DNA of 64,000 nt, taken from the NCBI GenBank assembly GCA_000934665.2, contig KZ538329.1:1-64000 (forward strand), given 5' to 3'. The stretch is from Catajapyx aquilonaris. Lineage: Eukaryota. The notes below the pieces were generated by a model, which searched no databases, was not told where the DNA came from, and worked only from the letters and a program-made list of their open reading frames with translations. Below are positions 23,953 to 36,299 of this stretch, in pieces. The position numbers and the translations under genes were made by a program. How positions within the stretch are numbered: the first letter of the stretch is position 1; each line of letters starts with the position of its first letter.

Positions 23953-24075
23953 TTTTTATTTTAATTTGTTAATTTCTTTAATTTCAATGTTTTATTTTAA
24001 TTTGTTAATTTCTTTAATTTCAATGTTTTATTTTAATTTGTTAATTTCTTTAATTTCAATGTTTTATTTTAATTA
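23953..24075. repeat. AT-rich 36-bp tandem repeat (~3 copies)
   Basis: TTTTATTTTAATTTGTTAATTTCTTTAATTTCAATG repeated. Confidence 0.85.
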
Positions 24076-24126
24076 ATTGCCATTATTATTTCTTCAATTT
24101 TAATCAATTACAATTTTAATTTCTTT

Positions 24127-24343
24127 GGGCCGAATTCAGAGAGGTTGCTTAACGTAAACGCGCCCGATTAAATCCTTTAGTCATCCTCGATTAGCAAATT
24201 TAAGTGCTAGCAAGTGCGATTAGGGGGCGTTTAGCGTTAATCGCCGTCTTTGTATTAGCAGGTTGGTTAAATTTGCTAATCGAGGATGACTAAAGGATTT
24301 AATCAGGCGCGTTTACGTTAAGCAACCTCTCTGAATTCGGCCC
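24127..24343. mobile_element. PIF/Harbinger-type foldback MITE
   Basis: GGGCCGAATTCAGAGAGGTTGCTTAACG...CGTTAAGCAACCTCTCTGAATTCGGCCC|TTA with ~75-bp arms; left flank TTT (imperfect TSD). Confidence 0.8.
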
Positions 24344-24940
24344 TTAAATTTTAACTTTTAAATTTTTATTCAATTTTTAAATTTTTTTGGTGTCACAAGG
24401 CAGCTGCGCGTGTGTGGGAGCGCACTCGGTTGCTCTAGTAAAAAAAAATCATCATTATACAGCGCCACTCTCAGGAGAAATGCCATATATCCAAACGATT
24501 GGAGATAGGGCGTTTCTTAGGATGGCAGAATTCAGCTATTCGATTCGCTCTTTTGCCGCCAGCGGCTCTTGGCGCCACCAGTACAGTATTGGACGTGTTG
24601 GACTACAAGTGGCGACAATTTCCGAAGCGGCAGATGAACGAATCGAATGGAGTGACAGCCGTGAGAGCAAGATTCGTTCCTCTGCCACTTCGGAAAATGT
24701 CGCTAGAAGTACGACGCGATTAATGTCCAACACTGTAAGACACCATTAATGTCCAGCATTGTACTGGACAAAAAATGGCACTGTCGTATAGACAACAACA
24801 ATAACAACAACAACAAAACCGCACTTTTTTGTCCCGGATAGTATTATACACACGAGCACGAACCGGATCGGGTACCTTTTGGCCAGTTCGTGCCCGTTTT
24901 TTCCCCCCCCTTCCACTATGTACATGTTGGACTGTCCCAC

Positions 24941-26503
24941 TCAGTCGTCCTTCCTTTTCCGCACTTTGCTCTCAGTCTGGATTGTCTCTGTGAGAAGATG
25001 GACACAGTCCGCCAGAGACGGCTGGCTCCTGTCGTGTGAATAGTCCATCTCGCTCAGTCTGGACAGGGCCAGTATGTACGAGCTGGCGATCCTGAGGATG
25101 GACAGTTTGGACAGTTTCTGGTTGTGCGAGTAGGCCGGCACAGCCTGGCGAAGGTTCTCGAACGCGGCGCTGATGGTGTGCACTCGCGTGCGCTCGCGTG
25201 CGTTAGCCTCGACCCTCCTCTCGCGTGTCATGTTCTTGTAATTCCGCTGCTTCAACAAGGCGGCGTTGCTGCTGGACGTCCGATGGTTGCTTGGAGATGA
25301 GGTTGAGGAATGAGGCGTGGACGAGGATGAGACGGCGGCGTCGGCAGCGTCCGGTGTGGCCGGAGCAGGACTTGAACTTTGACTAGCGCAGCACTCGTCC
25401 AGGCGCCACGATGGCGACGGTGCCAGAATGGACTCGACGCTGAAGGACTTGTTGGGCCTGCTGGTGCTCGGAAGGACTGCCGGAGTGGCGCTGCTTCCGG
25501 GCGAATCCCGCTCTCGACAGTCCACCAGGACGTCCTCGTCCTCGTCCAATCGCTCTACTTTCACCTGAGGCTGAAGAAATAATGATCATTAACATGGATC
25601 ACGCTCAAATATACGGTACTATATATGATTTTTTAACGAGCTCAACCGAGTGCGCACCCACATTCGCGCAAGTCCATTGTTCCGTCAACAACTGATCTTT
25701 TCTCATCGTAAAAAAGGACTAAATGCCTCTTTACGTCCTCACGATTTGAGCCTCGGTCGCACGACCAGACGCTTTGCGACCGGACCTATATTTATGTCGG
25801 TCGCAAAGCGTCTGTGCGACCGAGGCTCAAATCGTGAGGACGTAAAGAGGCCTTTAGACCGTTTTTACGACGAGAACAGGCCTCGATTCTTGAAAACACC
25901 TCTAAAAACAACCATACTACGAAAAAACGTCGTATCTGCACTGATAAGGTGCAGATGTGACGTTTCTTCGTAGGACTAAAGTTCCACACATGTCAGTTGC
26001 TATACCTGAGATCTGCTGACGACGAGCGACAAGGGCTGCTCCTCCGGTTCTGGTTGTAGGACCCAGCAGCACCGGGGCGACTGCAGGGGCGGCCCCGGGG
26101 CTAGCGGATGGTTAGGAAGGTACATCAGGGGAAGGAACTGGTGCGGATGGATCGGCATGCCCGGCATTGGAAACGGAAAGTGCTGGGGCGGCGGCGGGGG
26201 TGGAGGAGGTGGCGGTGGGGGCAGGGGCGGCCCCGGGGCAGCTTCCGGAGAGGCCAGGACCTTCCGCTTCTTAGGCAGCGTGGCCACCATCAAAGGCGGT
26301 TCTTTTCTCCGTGGCTCCAACGCCTTCCGCTTGTTGCCCCGCCTGGACATGACCGGAGACGTTGAGGACACCACCATCGACGCTGACGACGCCGTCGACG
26401 CCACCGGTCTGCTGATAACGTGAACCTTAACGTCCACGCTGTCTTCGCTGGAGTCCGTCGAACACATCTCTTCAGGCTCCGGACCAGCCAGAGACATCAT
26501 CAT
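24941..26503 (-). CDS. net: Atonal-superfamily bHLH repressor Net / ATOH8 ortholog; exons 26006-26503 and 24941-25570 (alternative acceptor gives 25564), ~375 aa
   Basis: bHLH RRVEANARERTRVHTISAAFENLRQAVPAYSHNQKLSKLSILRIASSYILALSRL is characteristic of Net/ATOH8. Phase-0 donor CAG|GTATAG at 26005; acceptor TTCTTCAG at 25571. An acceptor at 26508 precedes ATGATGATG, implying a non-coding upstream exon. Confidence 0.93.
25700..25876. mobile_element. Foldback MITE in the net intron
   Basis: GCCTCTTTACGTCCTCACGATTTGAGCCTCGGTCGCAC...GTGCGACCGAGGCTCAAATCGTGAGGACGTAAAGAGGC. Confidence 0.75.
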
Positions 26504-27939
26504 ACACCTGCGAAAAATGGAAGAAGGACTCATTATTAGATGCATGCATGATGCTGGCATTTGAGTAATGGCGACCACCAGTGAAGGTCTGGCAACCAAA
26601 ATGACGCGGACAAATTGGCTCGATCAATTTCGAGGGCACCAGTCGCCGGATCACAAAGATATAGATAAACTAGTTGGTTCAGGGGAGATCTCCCGGCATT
26701 CATTTTTTTTTGGACCAACCGCAGCGACAATCGAACGAGCTAGTTGTCCACCCCAGCAACTCAACAAAAAATGCGTAAATTTCACCTCAATTATTCCGCA
26801 TAAGTGGAGCAATGTAAACTAATAAACAAGCCACGCCCTTCCGCCTTTCATAAATTTATTATGTAGGTATTGCCCGTGTGTACAATGCGGGTTAGCGCAA
26901 ATAATGACCGGTTGTAACCTCACTGCAGATTTAACCTTGCTCTCTGACCTATACTCTGCACTGGTTTAAAAAAAAGGGGGAGAGGAAGAAAATTGTGCCA
27001 AGAAATTCCTTTTATCTGTTGGAGCCGGAAGATCAAAGTTGAGAGAGAAAAAGGGCTGGAGGGCAATGGGGGTAAAAAACGAGACAGGATCAAGTTGGTA
27101 CTGCACTGTACAGCTTCCCAACCACCCCCTCAGGACAATTCTTAACGACACGACGATATAACTAATACCCAGGATTAATTATTTTCCCCAGTGATTAAAA
27201 TCCCCAACCGCACAATATCCTCGGCACCCAATAAATTTTCCTTGAAAATTGGCAGCGCCCATGACTCCCCAATCTTCATTTTTATATAACTCGATTAACT
27301 ACGAGACGATCTCATCTAAAAATGACTGGCATGTCGTTAGGTACATATCTCGACAAACAAGTGGTTGTCCCACGTAATTTATGTTTTGAAAAAAATTGGT
27401 ACATCGATACACCTGGTTGAACAAATGCACCTTTTGTTTCCTGGGCCCTCAACCTGTCGCCATGTGCGCTTATGGGGGGAAAAAAAAGTGCGCAACAGCT
27501 GCTCCCATATACACTTGGCACAGGAAAAAATGTACGTATATACACCACCTGCGGAGAGAGACAGCCGTCAACAGAACTCGCAAACTGAGCCAGGATAGTC
27601 TTTGGCGGTGAAAGACTTTCAAGAAAAAAATAGATAGCATCCATATAGAAAAAAATGGCGACGCTCGTCAACACACAACAGTGATTTGATCAAAAAAGTT
27701 TCAGATAACTTTTTTAGAAACTGACTAAAATAGGCACAAAAGCCAAAACAACTATGTAGCTAACATTAGCTTAAATTAACTTACAAATAAAAAGTACTTG
27801 CCACGTGGCGTAGGTCAGTGACCTGCCAGATGGTGACTGCGCACGCGATCATTCATTACTTACAAATTATGCAATAAAATTACCGCATTAGTCATTAACC
27901 AGGCACGTGGCACGCAGGTCAGTATTTTTTCCCCCTTTA

Positions 27940-28305
27940 CCAAGATGGCGGCCATCACCGCTTCAAAACTTTGTGGCTTAATTAAAACCTCACGCAATAT
28001 CCCAATCGACTGTGATGCTACAAATTATGCGATTAAAATGTGAACAATTAGCCAGCAGTCATAATTAGCCCGAAATTAAGCATATGGGACTAATTAGCGA
28101 CCTTATAGTCCGAGCCAAGATGGCGGCCATCACCGCTTCAGAAGTTTGCATCCTCATTACAACATGACGCAATGTACCAATCGACTCAGATGTCACAAAA
28201 TATGTGATTAAAATGTGAACAATTCGTCAGCAGTAATTATTGGCTCGAAATTAGCGCTAATGACAAATTTAAGCGACATTATAGCCCGTGCCAAGATGGC
28301 GGCTG
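27940..28305. repeat. ~175-bp tandem repeat (2+ units), each starting CCAAGATGGCGGC
   Basis: Motif at 27940, 28115 and 28291; unit interiors align (CCAATCGACT.GATG..ACAAA.TATG.GATTAAAATGTGAACAATT). Confidence 0.85.
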
Positions 28306-30045
28306 TGTATTTAAAAAATTCGTTGCACTACAAGAGTACCGGTATGTAAGAGCATAATTTGAGCGTTCATTCCACGTACTGTCCGACATATCCATTTTTT
28401 CCCACGTATTCAGTACGTGCAACCTCCAGGCCAAAGCATAGTCGGTATGGGGTGGGTTCTGTTATTTTGAGTGCAAACAGTGGCGCGGCCTGCCTTGCTT
28501 ATTTGTAAATTGAGAGGCCTGCTCGCCTGCGATCCCACTTTGGCGCCGCCTGCACACATGCACACATACCGCGCTGGCTGGCCCCCCCACACACACTATA
28601 CATGCACACACACGCGGCGCCGTCCTGCCCACCCAACCCACGCTTTTTTTTTTACAACCCAATTTTTTGCGTGCAACAATTCAACACCCTCAACTAAAAC
28701 CGCTGTTCATAAACACGGTCCAGGTGGGATATTTGGCTACATTTAGCTAAAAGTGACAGATTTGGGGGGGACAATGTGTCCTTAGCTTGCAGTCTCTCCT
28801 GCAGTGCGGCAGCATTTTGGATGTTAGCCAGTGGAGGCTGACTAAACACCTGTTCCCCGCCCAAATTGTCCAATCGCAATCGATGAAAAATTGGGTGACA
28901 GATCGGGGGCGACAAGTAACAGGGAGGCACACTTGTATAATTGGTGGGGGGGCCTCTAAAGATACTTGGAGAGGCATATGTGAAGCGTGTCTGTCTCATG
29001 TGGAAAAGGCAGCAGCTGGGAATTCCACAAGCGTCGATGATGGCTGCGTTTTCTGGTGTTGAGCCAAAAGAACACAGCTTTTGCTGCCACTCCTGCTGAA
29101 TTATCCACGGAAATGCACGATTTTAACGTATATATAGGCCTATACTCGATCAAAATCATAAATTTTTTGTAAGGACTTTTTGTATTTTAAAATGTTGGTT
29201 TTCAGACTTTTCCATCAATCACCAACTTTCAGGGCTCTCAGCAGTCCGGAAGTGGGTTAGGTAGCATGTGGACATACAGACAAACTTTCTGCTTTATTAA
29301 AAATGTAAGATTTCGACATATCTTTAGCAAGCCCTACAGGTGTCGCTTCTTCCACTTACACAACTGCAAAAGCACACACACAAAAAAGTGGCGAATGCAA
29401 AACCAAAGTGTGGTCGCAGAAAGGGAAAACAAATCCGGGGGCTTTTCCGGGAGCAAAGCCTGCTAATCCGGAGTGGGATCCGGTACAAAGCCCACAGCAA
29501 ATTCGGCGGAATTAGGAGCCTGGCCCCTTATTCCAGGAAGATCCTCCCTGGATGCTGGTTGGCATACCCCCTTTAAAAACACCTCGAGTTCAATGTGCAC
29601 ACTGCACATATTCTATAAAGTACATGAAGAATTGAGCGGTCAGCTTATTAAAAGTGTCAGGAGCGAGGTCACTTGCCCTGTCTTATCTATTTTGATTGGG
29701 CCCATCACGAGGTTTGTCTAGATATGTGTACACACCACGGGTGGGGCAATTATACCGACAATTAAAAATTCATCGTGTTTACCAAGTGTTTACTCTCCTT
29801 TAATTAATTTTTAAATATTTAGGCTATGATATTATATTTTCACATCAATGCCAATGTACTGAACATCAGCTATAGATGAATTGTTAAATGAGCGAAACCG
29901 AGTGCGCACCCACATTCGCGCAGCTTCTGACACCGTTGCCAGAGTTACCACACAGGAGCCCGTAGCCTCAAATGTTCGTTCAAAAGTTTGACAATTTCGC
30001 AAACGTTGATTGGGTCCATTGATTTGGGCAGGGAGCATAATTATA

Positions 30046-30381
30046 CTACATAAGAGGCGCAAACTTCTGTCGGCGTCTTTGATGTTCGCGTCTCTCTGTT
30101 TGGGGCCGTTGCCAAGGCTGGCGGCCATTTTGAAGTGTGGGCAACGCCAACGAGGTATAAATAGGGTACAGGCAAAAGTAGGGTCCGCCATCTTTGATGG
30201 TTTTGGCGGTCATGGCAACTACACGGCAAGAACACGCGCGAATCAAAGATGGCGGACTCTATTTTCGCCTGTACCCTATTTATACATCGTTGGCGTTGCC
30301 CGCACTTCAAGATGGCCGCCAGCCTTGGCAACGCCCCAAACAGAGAGACGCGGAAATCGAATGTTTGCGCCTCTTATGTAG
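30046..30381. mobile_element. TA-flanked foldback MITE
   Basis: TA|CTACATAAGAGGCGCAAAC...GTTTGCGCCTCTTATGTAG|TA with ~140-bp arms. Confidence 0.85.
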
Positions 30382-30542
30382 TATATGCTCCCTGGTTTGG
30401 GTATATGTGTAGCTTACACACTCCGGGGCCCAATTACCGACAATTAATACTGCATCGATGTTTACTCTCATTTAATAAATTTTTAAATTTTTAGGCTATT
30501 AAATTTTATCTATTTTCGCATCAATGTACTGCACATCAGCTG

Positions 30543-32455
30543 TAGATAAATTTTTAAATGAGTGCGCACCCACATTCGCGCAGCTCCATTGTTCTGACAA
30601 CGTCACCGGATTTACTACCGATTTCCCAATGGCCCAATAATTCACTCCCGCTTTGGCAATGTCGCAATTGTCAGCCATTTTGACCCCCCCCCCCCAGCGT
30701 AGCGTTGGAAATAAGTGCACCCAGTATGAGCTTCCCAGCCATCATTGATAATTCCAACCCTGCAAGCTGCGCGAACTGTGGTGGTCGTTAAAAAAGTTCA
30801 TATATCTTCAGTAATTAATTGTGATTTTCAGCGTGTATTTTTTTAAAAACCCAAATGGAGCGATTAATAGTGGGTTAGCACAAATAGTCGCGTGCATATG
30901 TCGGGTATGAAATCCCAGTGGCAAACCGCGTGCAATTCGTCGTCAGCCGCCCCCCAGCAGTTGTAGCGTTAGTTGGTGACCACCGGGTGATTAGTGGTCG
31001 GGGGGGAGCTTGTGTCCGGTTATAGTGGGCAAGATGAGCCCTGGACCAGACTGATTATCCTCCAAACACACACACACAAACGGGGCCCACTCCCGGAAGC
31101 GGCCTGGATTAAATAATTGCTGGGGTGGGGGGTTTTTTTCGGGTGGATTGGGTGATGCGAGTATATCTGGCCGCAATTGCCCTTGCGGCGCAGATAATAG
31201 GTTCATCCTGCGGCTGTATCTGTGCTAGCCTGGCAGGCTTTTCTGCGGATTATCCACGCACACACACTAATGTTTCAGATTTTGTTTTATTTAAAAAAAA
31301 ATCAGGTATTCGCAAATTGTTTTTGACATGTTTTGGCTGGGTCAAGTGTATTTTCCTCCAGCTGCGCGGCCTTTTTATCGCAATGTTTGGGGACTGAACT
31401 ATGGCTGGGAGGTCGTGTCCTCTCCGCCGAGATGCTTCGTCACGCAGACTACTGTCTGGACTCCGGCTCCTCACAGATGCGCGCTATATATCGCCCTACA
31501 AATTGGACCAACTCCCATTATAGGCAGTGTGGTATACAAACATCCGCTAAATAGACTCAACAAGCATCAAAATTGCAAAATGTCCCGACGAATTTTTTTA
31601 ACGAGCGTATAACCGAGTGCGCACCCTCACTCGCGCAGCTCCTCTGAGGTGTTCGTCCCAACATCGCAAACGTCGGCCATATTGGCGCAAGCGTAGCGTT
31701 GGAAATAAGTGTAGCGTTCATATACCAGCATATACCCACTATACAGGAATCATTGACTAGCAGCGGAACCCGTTCTTCGCACGGCCTTTCATTGTTTTTG
31801 CTGCCACGGTGACTCGTTATTGCCATAGACAGACAGACACACAAACTTTCCCCTTTATATATGTAAGACTATAGCAGGGGACCCGATCTCCGCAAGTTGA
31901 TTGATAAATATAATAAATTTCGCGAAGAAATTTTGGGTATTTCGGCCACTTTTCCTTGAATCAGCGGGCACGTAGTGTGCCAAGTTTCAGTACTCTCGGT
32001 AATCCGAAAGTGGGTTTGGTAGCAGTGACATTCAAACAGAAACTTTCTGCATTATAAATGTAAGATAATGCCAACCGTGCAAGCTGCGCGAACTACGGTG
32101 CGCACTTGGTTCAGCTCGTTAAAAAAAATCGTCTATATCGGCACTAATAGCAAGGTTTAAGCGTTGGAACCATATAAATGAATTTTTCACGAGAGCAACC
32201 GAGTGCGCACCACAGTTCACGCAGTGTGCACGGTTGGCATTATCGTTGATCTCTACAGAGTGGATGCACTTATTTCCAAGACTATACACTTGAGGAAACT
32301 TAAAAATGTCGGACGTTTTCGACGTTGCCAATGCTCTTAACGAACCTCAGAGGATACAGGTGAGAATTGGTCAATGGGGAATAACTCTGGCAACATTGTC
32401 AGCTGCGCGAGTGTGGGTGCGCACTCGGTTGAGCTATAGTAAAAATTCATCTGTA
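30543..32455. mobile_element. Three further copies of the AACGAGC..GAGTGCGCACC MITE family (~30543-30804, ~31590-32136, ~32173-32455)
   Basis: Same inverted termini and internal motifs as 22503-23080; the last copy is inverted. Confidence 0.65.
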
Positions 32456-33344
32456 GTTGCGTACAGATTTGTCCGAAATGTTTTTTTTTTGGCCGGCTTA
32501 TTCTCTTTCTCTTGGCACAATGCATTTTCCATCGGAATCCTTCACGGGGTGTGAACATCGGGCTGACTGGACTGAGGTGGCGAAAAACCAGTCGGGTAAT
32601 CCAAACATATATTGCGAATGGTGGTGGTGTGCAAAAGAGGTCTGGCCATTTTTCCGGTCCATCCATGGATGGACCCCCCCTCCATCAGAAAAGCATTTTC
32701 CGCACGAGGAGTCCGGAAAGAGGCAACACGTAGGAGCAATTAGCTGAGCTTGGTGCCTGCGGATTGGACCAAGAGGAGCACAACCTCATACAAAAAGCCC
32801 CCAAGCCCAAGGCCCGGTTTTATTTGGCCGCCACTTTGCCTCTCTATATCCCCCTCCTCCTGGTACTCTATATACACACAGCCACCGCGCCGCCATCGGA
32901 TCGTCCCAGAATCAATAATCCCACCACCCACTTGCTTGCCCACATTCTCACTTTGCACACACACACATATCATCTGCAATATGTGTCCAACAAGCTGTTC
33001 TCTCCGTGTTCGTCCGGATTTTCTTGGGATTCGTCCACAGTGCTCCCTAAGATGACACCTGTTCATGTACCGAATTGGTGGTGTCCCAATCGTGTGTCCT
33101 CAGTAATTCCGCCTAATTCCTCCGAGGACAAGTGTTGTATCAAGGAGCAGCTGCGTATATATGAGAGAGAGACTGTGGTGCAAGCGAAAAGAAATGACGC
33201 ATGAAACCCCCCCGGCGGCTTATTGAACCAACCAAGCAGCATCTTTCCTCGTGATACAATCCAACCGTTGTTGCTCTGGTGATTCTCCCGAATTCTCCCC
33301 CTCCGACTGTAAATTACATCACACTGGTACACTTCTGGGGATTA

Positions 33345-33558
33345 TACTGGTGGAGCCACCACCCATGGCGGAAAAAGAGCGAATCGAAATTTGCCACCGT
33401 ATATGACCATACCTTCACTAGACTTATCAGGGGGTGATTTTCCCCATATGATAGATCAGTGACAGATGGGAAAATCACCCCCCGATAAGTCTAGTGAAGG
33501 TGGTCACACGCTTCGATTCGCTATTTAGCCGGGAGCTGATGGTAGCGCCACCAGTACG
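33345..33558. mobile_element. Foldback MITE (TACTGGTGG..GCGAATCGAA family)
   Basis: Inner hairpin CCTTCACTAGACTTATC...GATAAGTCTAGTGAAGG. The outer arms match related ends at ~23828-23890, ~24540-24762 and ~35441-35481. Confidence 0.7.
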
Positions 33559-34469
33559 ACACCCTGTGTTTGAAAGGAGGATATGTCTGACCCAACGTGA
33601 GTGCCAGTGACACGATGGCACAAAGATTGACAGGTTGCAATATCCTCACTGGGAACTCCAACCAGTAATCAGTGAGCCCGCTTTTAATTACAGTCATACT
33701 TGGCACTGATTTGTTAGCGCGCGGCTAATTCACAAACTGTCCCATCGTCTGGTCTCCTCTTAAACATCGGAACAGGTGAGTTGCTCTCTAGAGAGGCACG
33801 CTTTTATTCTGCAGCCATCCTCTTTCACCTGTTCCCCTCCTCCTTCTCTTGTAAAAAGGACCTCCTGCTGCTCACCTGGCGCCGCTCATTCCCCCCCTCC
33901 CAACAACAGACGTGCTTGGCAACCCCAACCAAAAAACTCTCAAGATTGCTCCCCAGCCGACTCCCACTTTATTGTTGTCATTATTGCAGCCAACAGCTCG
34001 ATTAATTTGGGGAAACGAAATGATCCCCTAGGTGGGGTGAGATTGTGCCATCGCATTTTTTTTGGCCGAATTTTACCCGTCGTTGCCATGTAGCGCTGCC
34101 AGTAAGTCGCACTGTCGTCCCAAAAATGCGATGGCACAATCTCACCCTGTCCAGACGACTGGCTGGCACCAGCAGCATTCTTTTGATGATCCTCTTAAGG
34201 AGGAGGAGACCTTTTGGGCGTCAGTCTGCATCACACGTGGACCCCCAACAGGTGTCAGCAGGTCAGCTTCCGCAAAGTGCAGACTAAAAGTAGGGGAGGT
34301 ATTTGGCAGGGAGGGTTGGGTAGGTGGGGCAGGTTGGCGCCAGGTGCTGGACAGGTGAGTTTTCTTGGCCTCCTCCAGGCTTGCACCGTGGAAAGAAGAA
34401 GAAGAAGAAGGCCGAGATGGGGCGCCGGCCAGACGCGTTCCCAGCCACGAACGGGCCACTCAGGCTCCG

Positions 34470-34505
<36 letters not shown>

Positions 34506-34909
34506 CCCTCCTCATCTCCCTTCACAAGAGAAGGGGGGGAATGGATGGGGATAAAAGGAAGGCCCATTCGTCACTCCCAGCAACACCCCTATCAACTATC
34601 GCCTAGGGATACACACCATTGGAATTCGCTCAAATACTCACTCGCTACCGGACCATTCAATTGCGCACATTGCAGGTGCGAATTAATAATTAATCCTTCA
34701 AAAAACACTGTCAGTTTATCGTAAAAATTCGTCAAATCTCCAAATGTTTGTACTATAACGCGCAAAAAGATTGTCGCGCTGGAACAGTGTAGTGTCCACG
34801 ACTTTGTTGTTTATCCTGGGCGTTGCCATGTGTTTATTTGGCAATATATCGACTAAAATATCCTGGCAACGCCCAGGGTGCCACTAACAGTAGTATTGTA
34901 TAATAAAAC

Positions 34910-35268
34910 AAGATTGGTGCGTGATTCGAGTATACTTTTTTTCTCATTGGGCAGTGGAAAATGAGGCTGGCAAACCCGACACGACACGATTCTAATTGTT
35001 CGACAAGATGACATTGATTGTTGTCACTCTCATTTCCAAAATTTTAACGGTAATCTGCTTGTAAATTGACATTGGCGGATAAGAGTGAATCCGGAAAACT
35101 GGTAGTGGTGGGTTCACCGGAAGTTGATCATTTGGGTCACGCTGAATCCGAACCAGAAAACCGTTTGAGCTCTATCTCTTGTGGTTTAGGCTCTGATACA
35201 TGTCCACAGACGGACGGACGGACAGAGCCGTTCTATAAAGCTTTTTTCCGATGAGAAAATGTCTTAAA
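34910..35268 (-). mobile_element. Helentron/DINE-1-like interspersed repeat, copy 1
   Basis: (GGAC)n tract at ~35209-35225; reverse-complement match over ~350 bp to 50518-50900. Confidence 0.55.
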
Positions 35269-36187
35269 ATGTCGGGAGTTCAGTTGGTGGCAAAATATTC
35301 GCTCTTTGGCTGCTATACAGACCACAGCTTATCACCCGTCTGCTAATGGCTTTGTAGAGCGATATAACCAGACTCTGGTTAACATGCTATCCCATTATGC
35401 TGGAGAGGACCAAATCACTTGGAATTAAAGTATTCCACTCGTGGCGCCACCAGTACGGCACCGTTAATGCCCAGCACTGTACAGTGACATAATCGTATGA
35501 GCTATATTTTTAATATACCAGTAGTAAAGATTCCAGGCTCAAAAATAACACCGGCTGAAATTTTTATATGCCAGTGTACACAATACTATACCGGTTTATC
35601 ACTGTTAATGGTTTTAAACAAAATGGTACGAGAGCCTGACGACGTACCGAGCTTTGATCGAGAGAAATATACGTGAAATCACAAGAGCCGATCGGAATTC
35701 CTGAGGGTATAAGAATCGCAATTGCAGAGAGATCACCCACGTCATACGGTGACCTACCCGGCAACGTACGCTTAACGACTCAAATAGCAGCTGGAGGCGT
35801 CCAAGTTATAGCGTATGATATATTTTTAAAATAGCATTGTTCCCATTGCATTGAAATGACTTCCTTCCCTGAGAATGCATTTGTGCATGTCTATCTATCT
35901 TTGCGGTGCATATATTTTACAATAGGAATGTCAAATCCATTGTCAATGGATATCTATACTATATAGGAAGGATTGCAATGCCTATATGACAAGCCGATTG
36001 CTAGTTGCACGCACGATGTATTGTCACTCTTTTTATTGGCAACGGAATTAATTTTTTTTTTACAAATACTCGTATACGTGACTGATCTGTCAATGTACAG
36101 GCAGAAATTGTTGATAGCTCCGTAACAATTCGCCTGATACACATTCGACCGACGACAGCACGACCGATGAATTTTCGCCCATCATAT

Positions 36188-36299
36188 ATACAGTCGAATC
36201 TGCATATAACAAACTCGAAAGGGTGGTCCATAGGCATGTGCATTCGGCTATAACAGACCACTGATTTCCGCGATCCCTTCAAGTCCGGATTCAACTGTA
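36188..36299. mobile_element. pogo/Tigger-like MITE remnant
   Basis: TACAGTCGAATC...GATTCAACTGTA; related to 48580-48772. Confidence 0.6.

Noticed and set aside
26507..26599. N-terminal extension of net from the ORF-track start at 26599
   Set aside because: Non-ATG start, and a strong acceptor at 26508 immediately precedes ATGATGATG.
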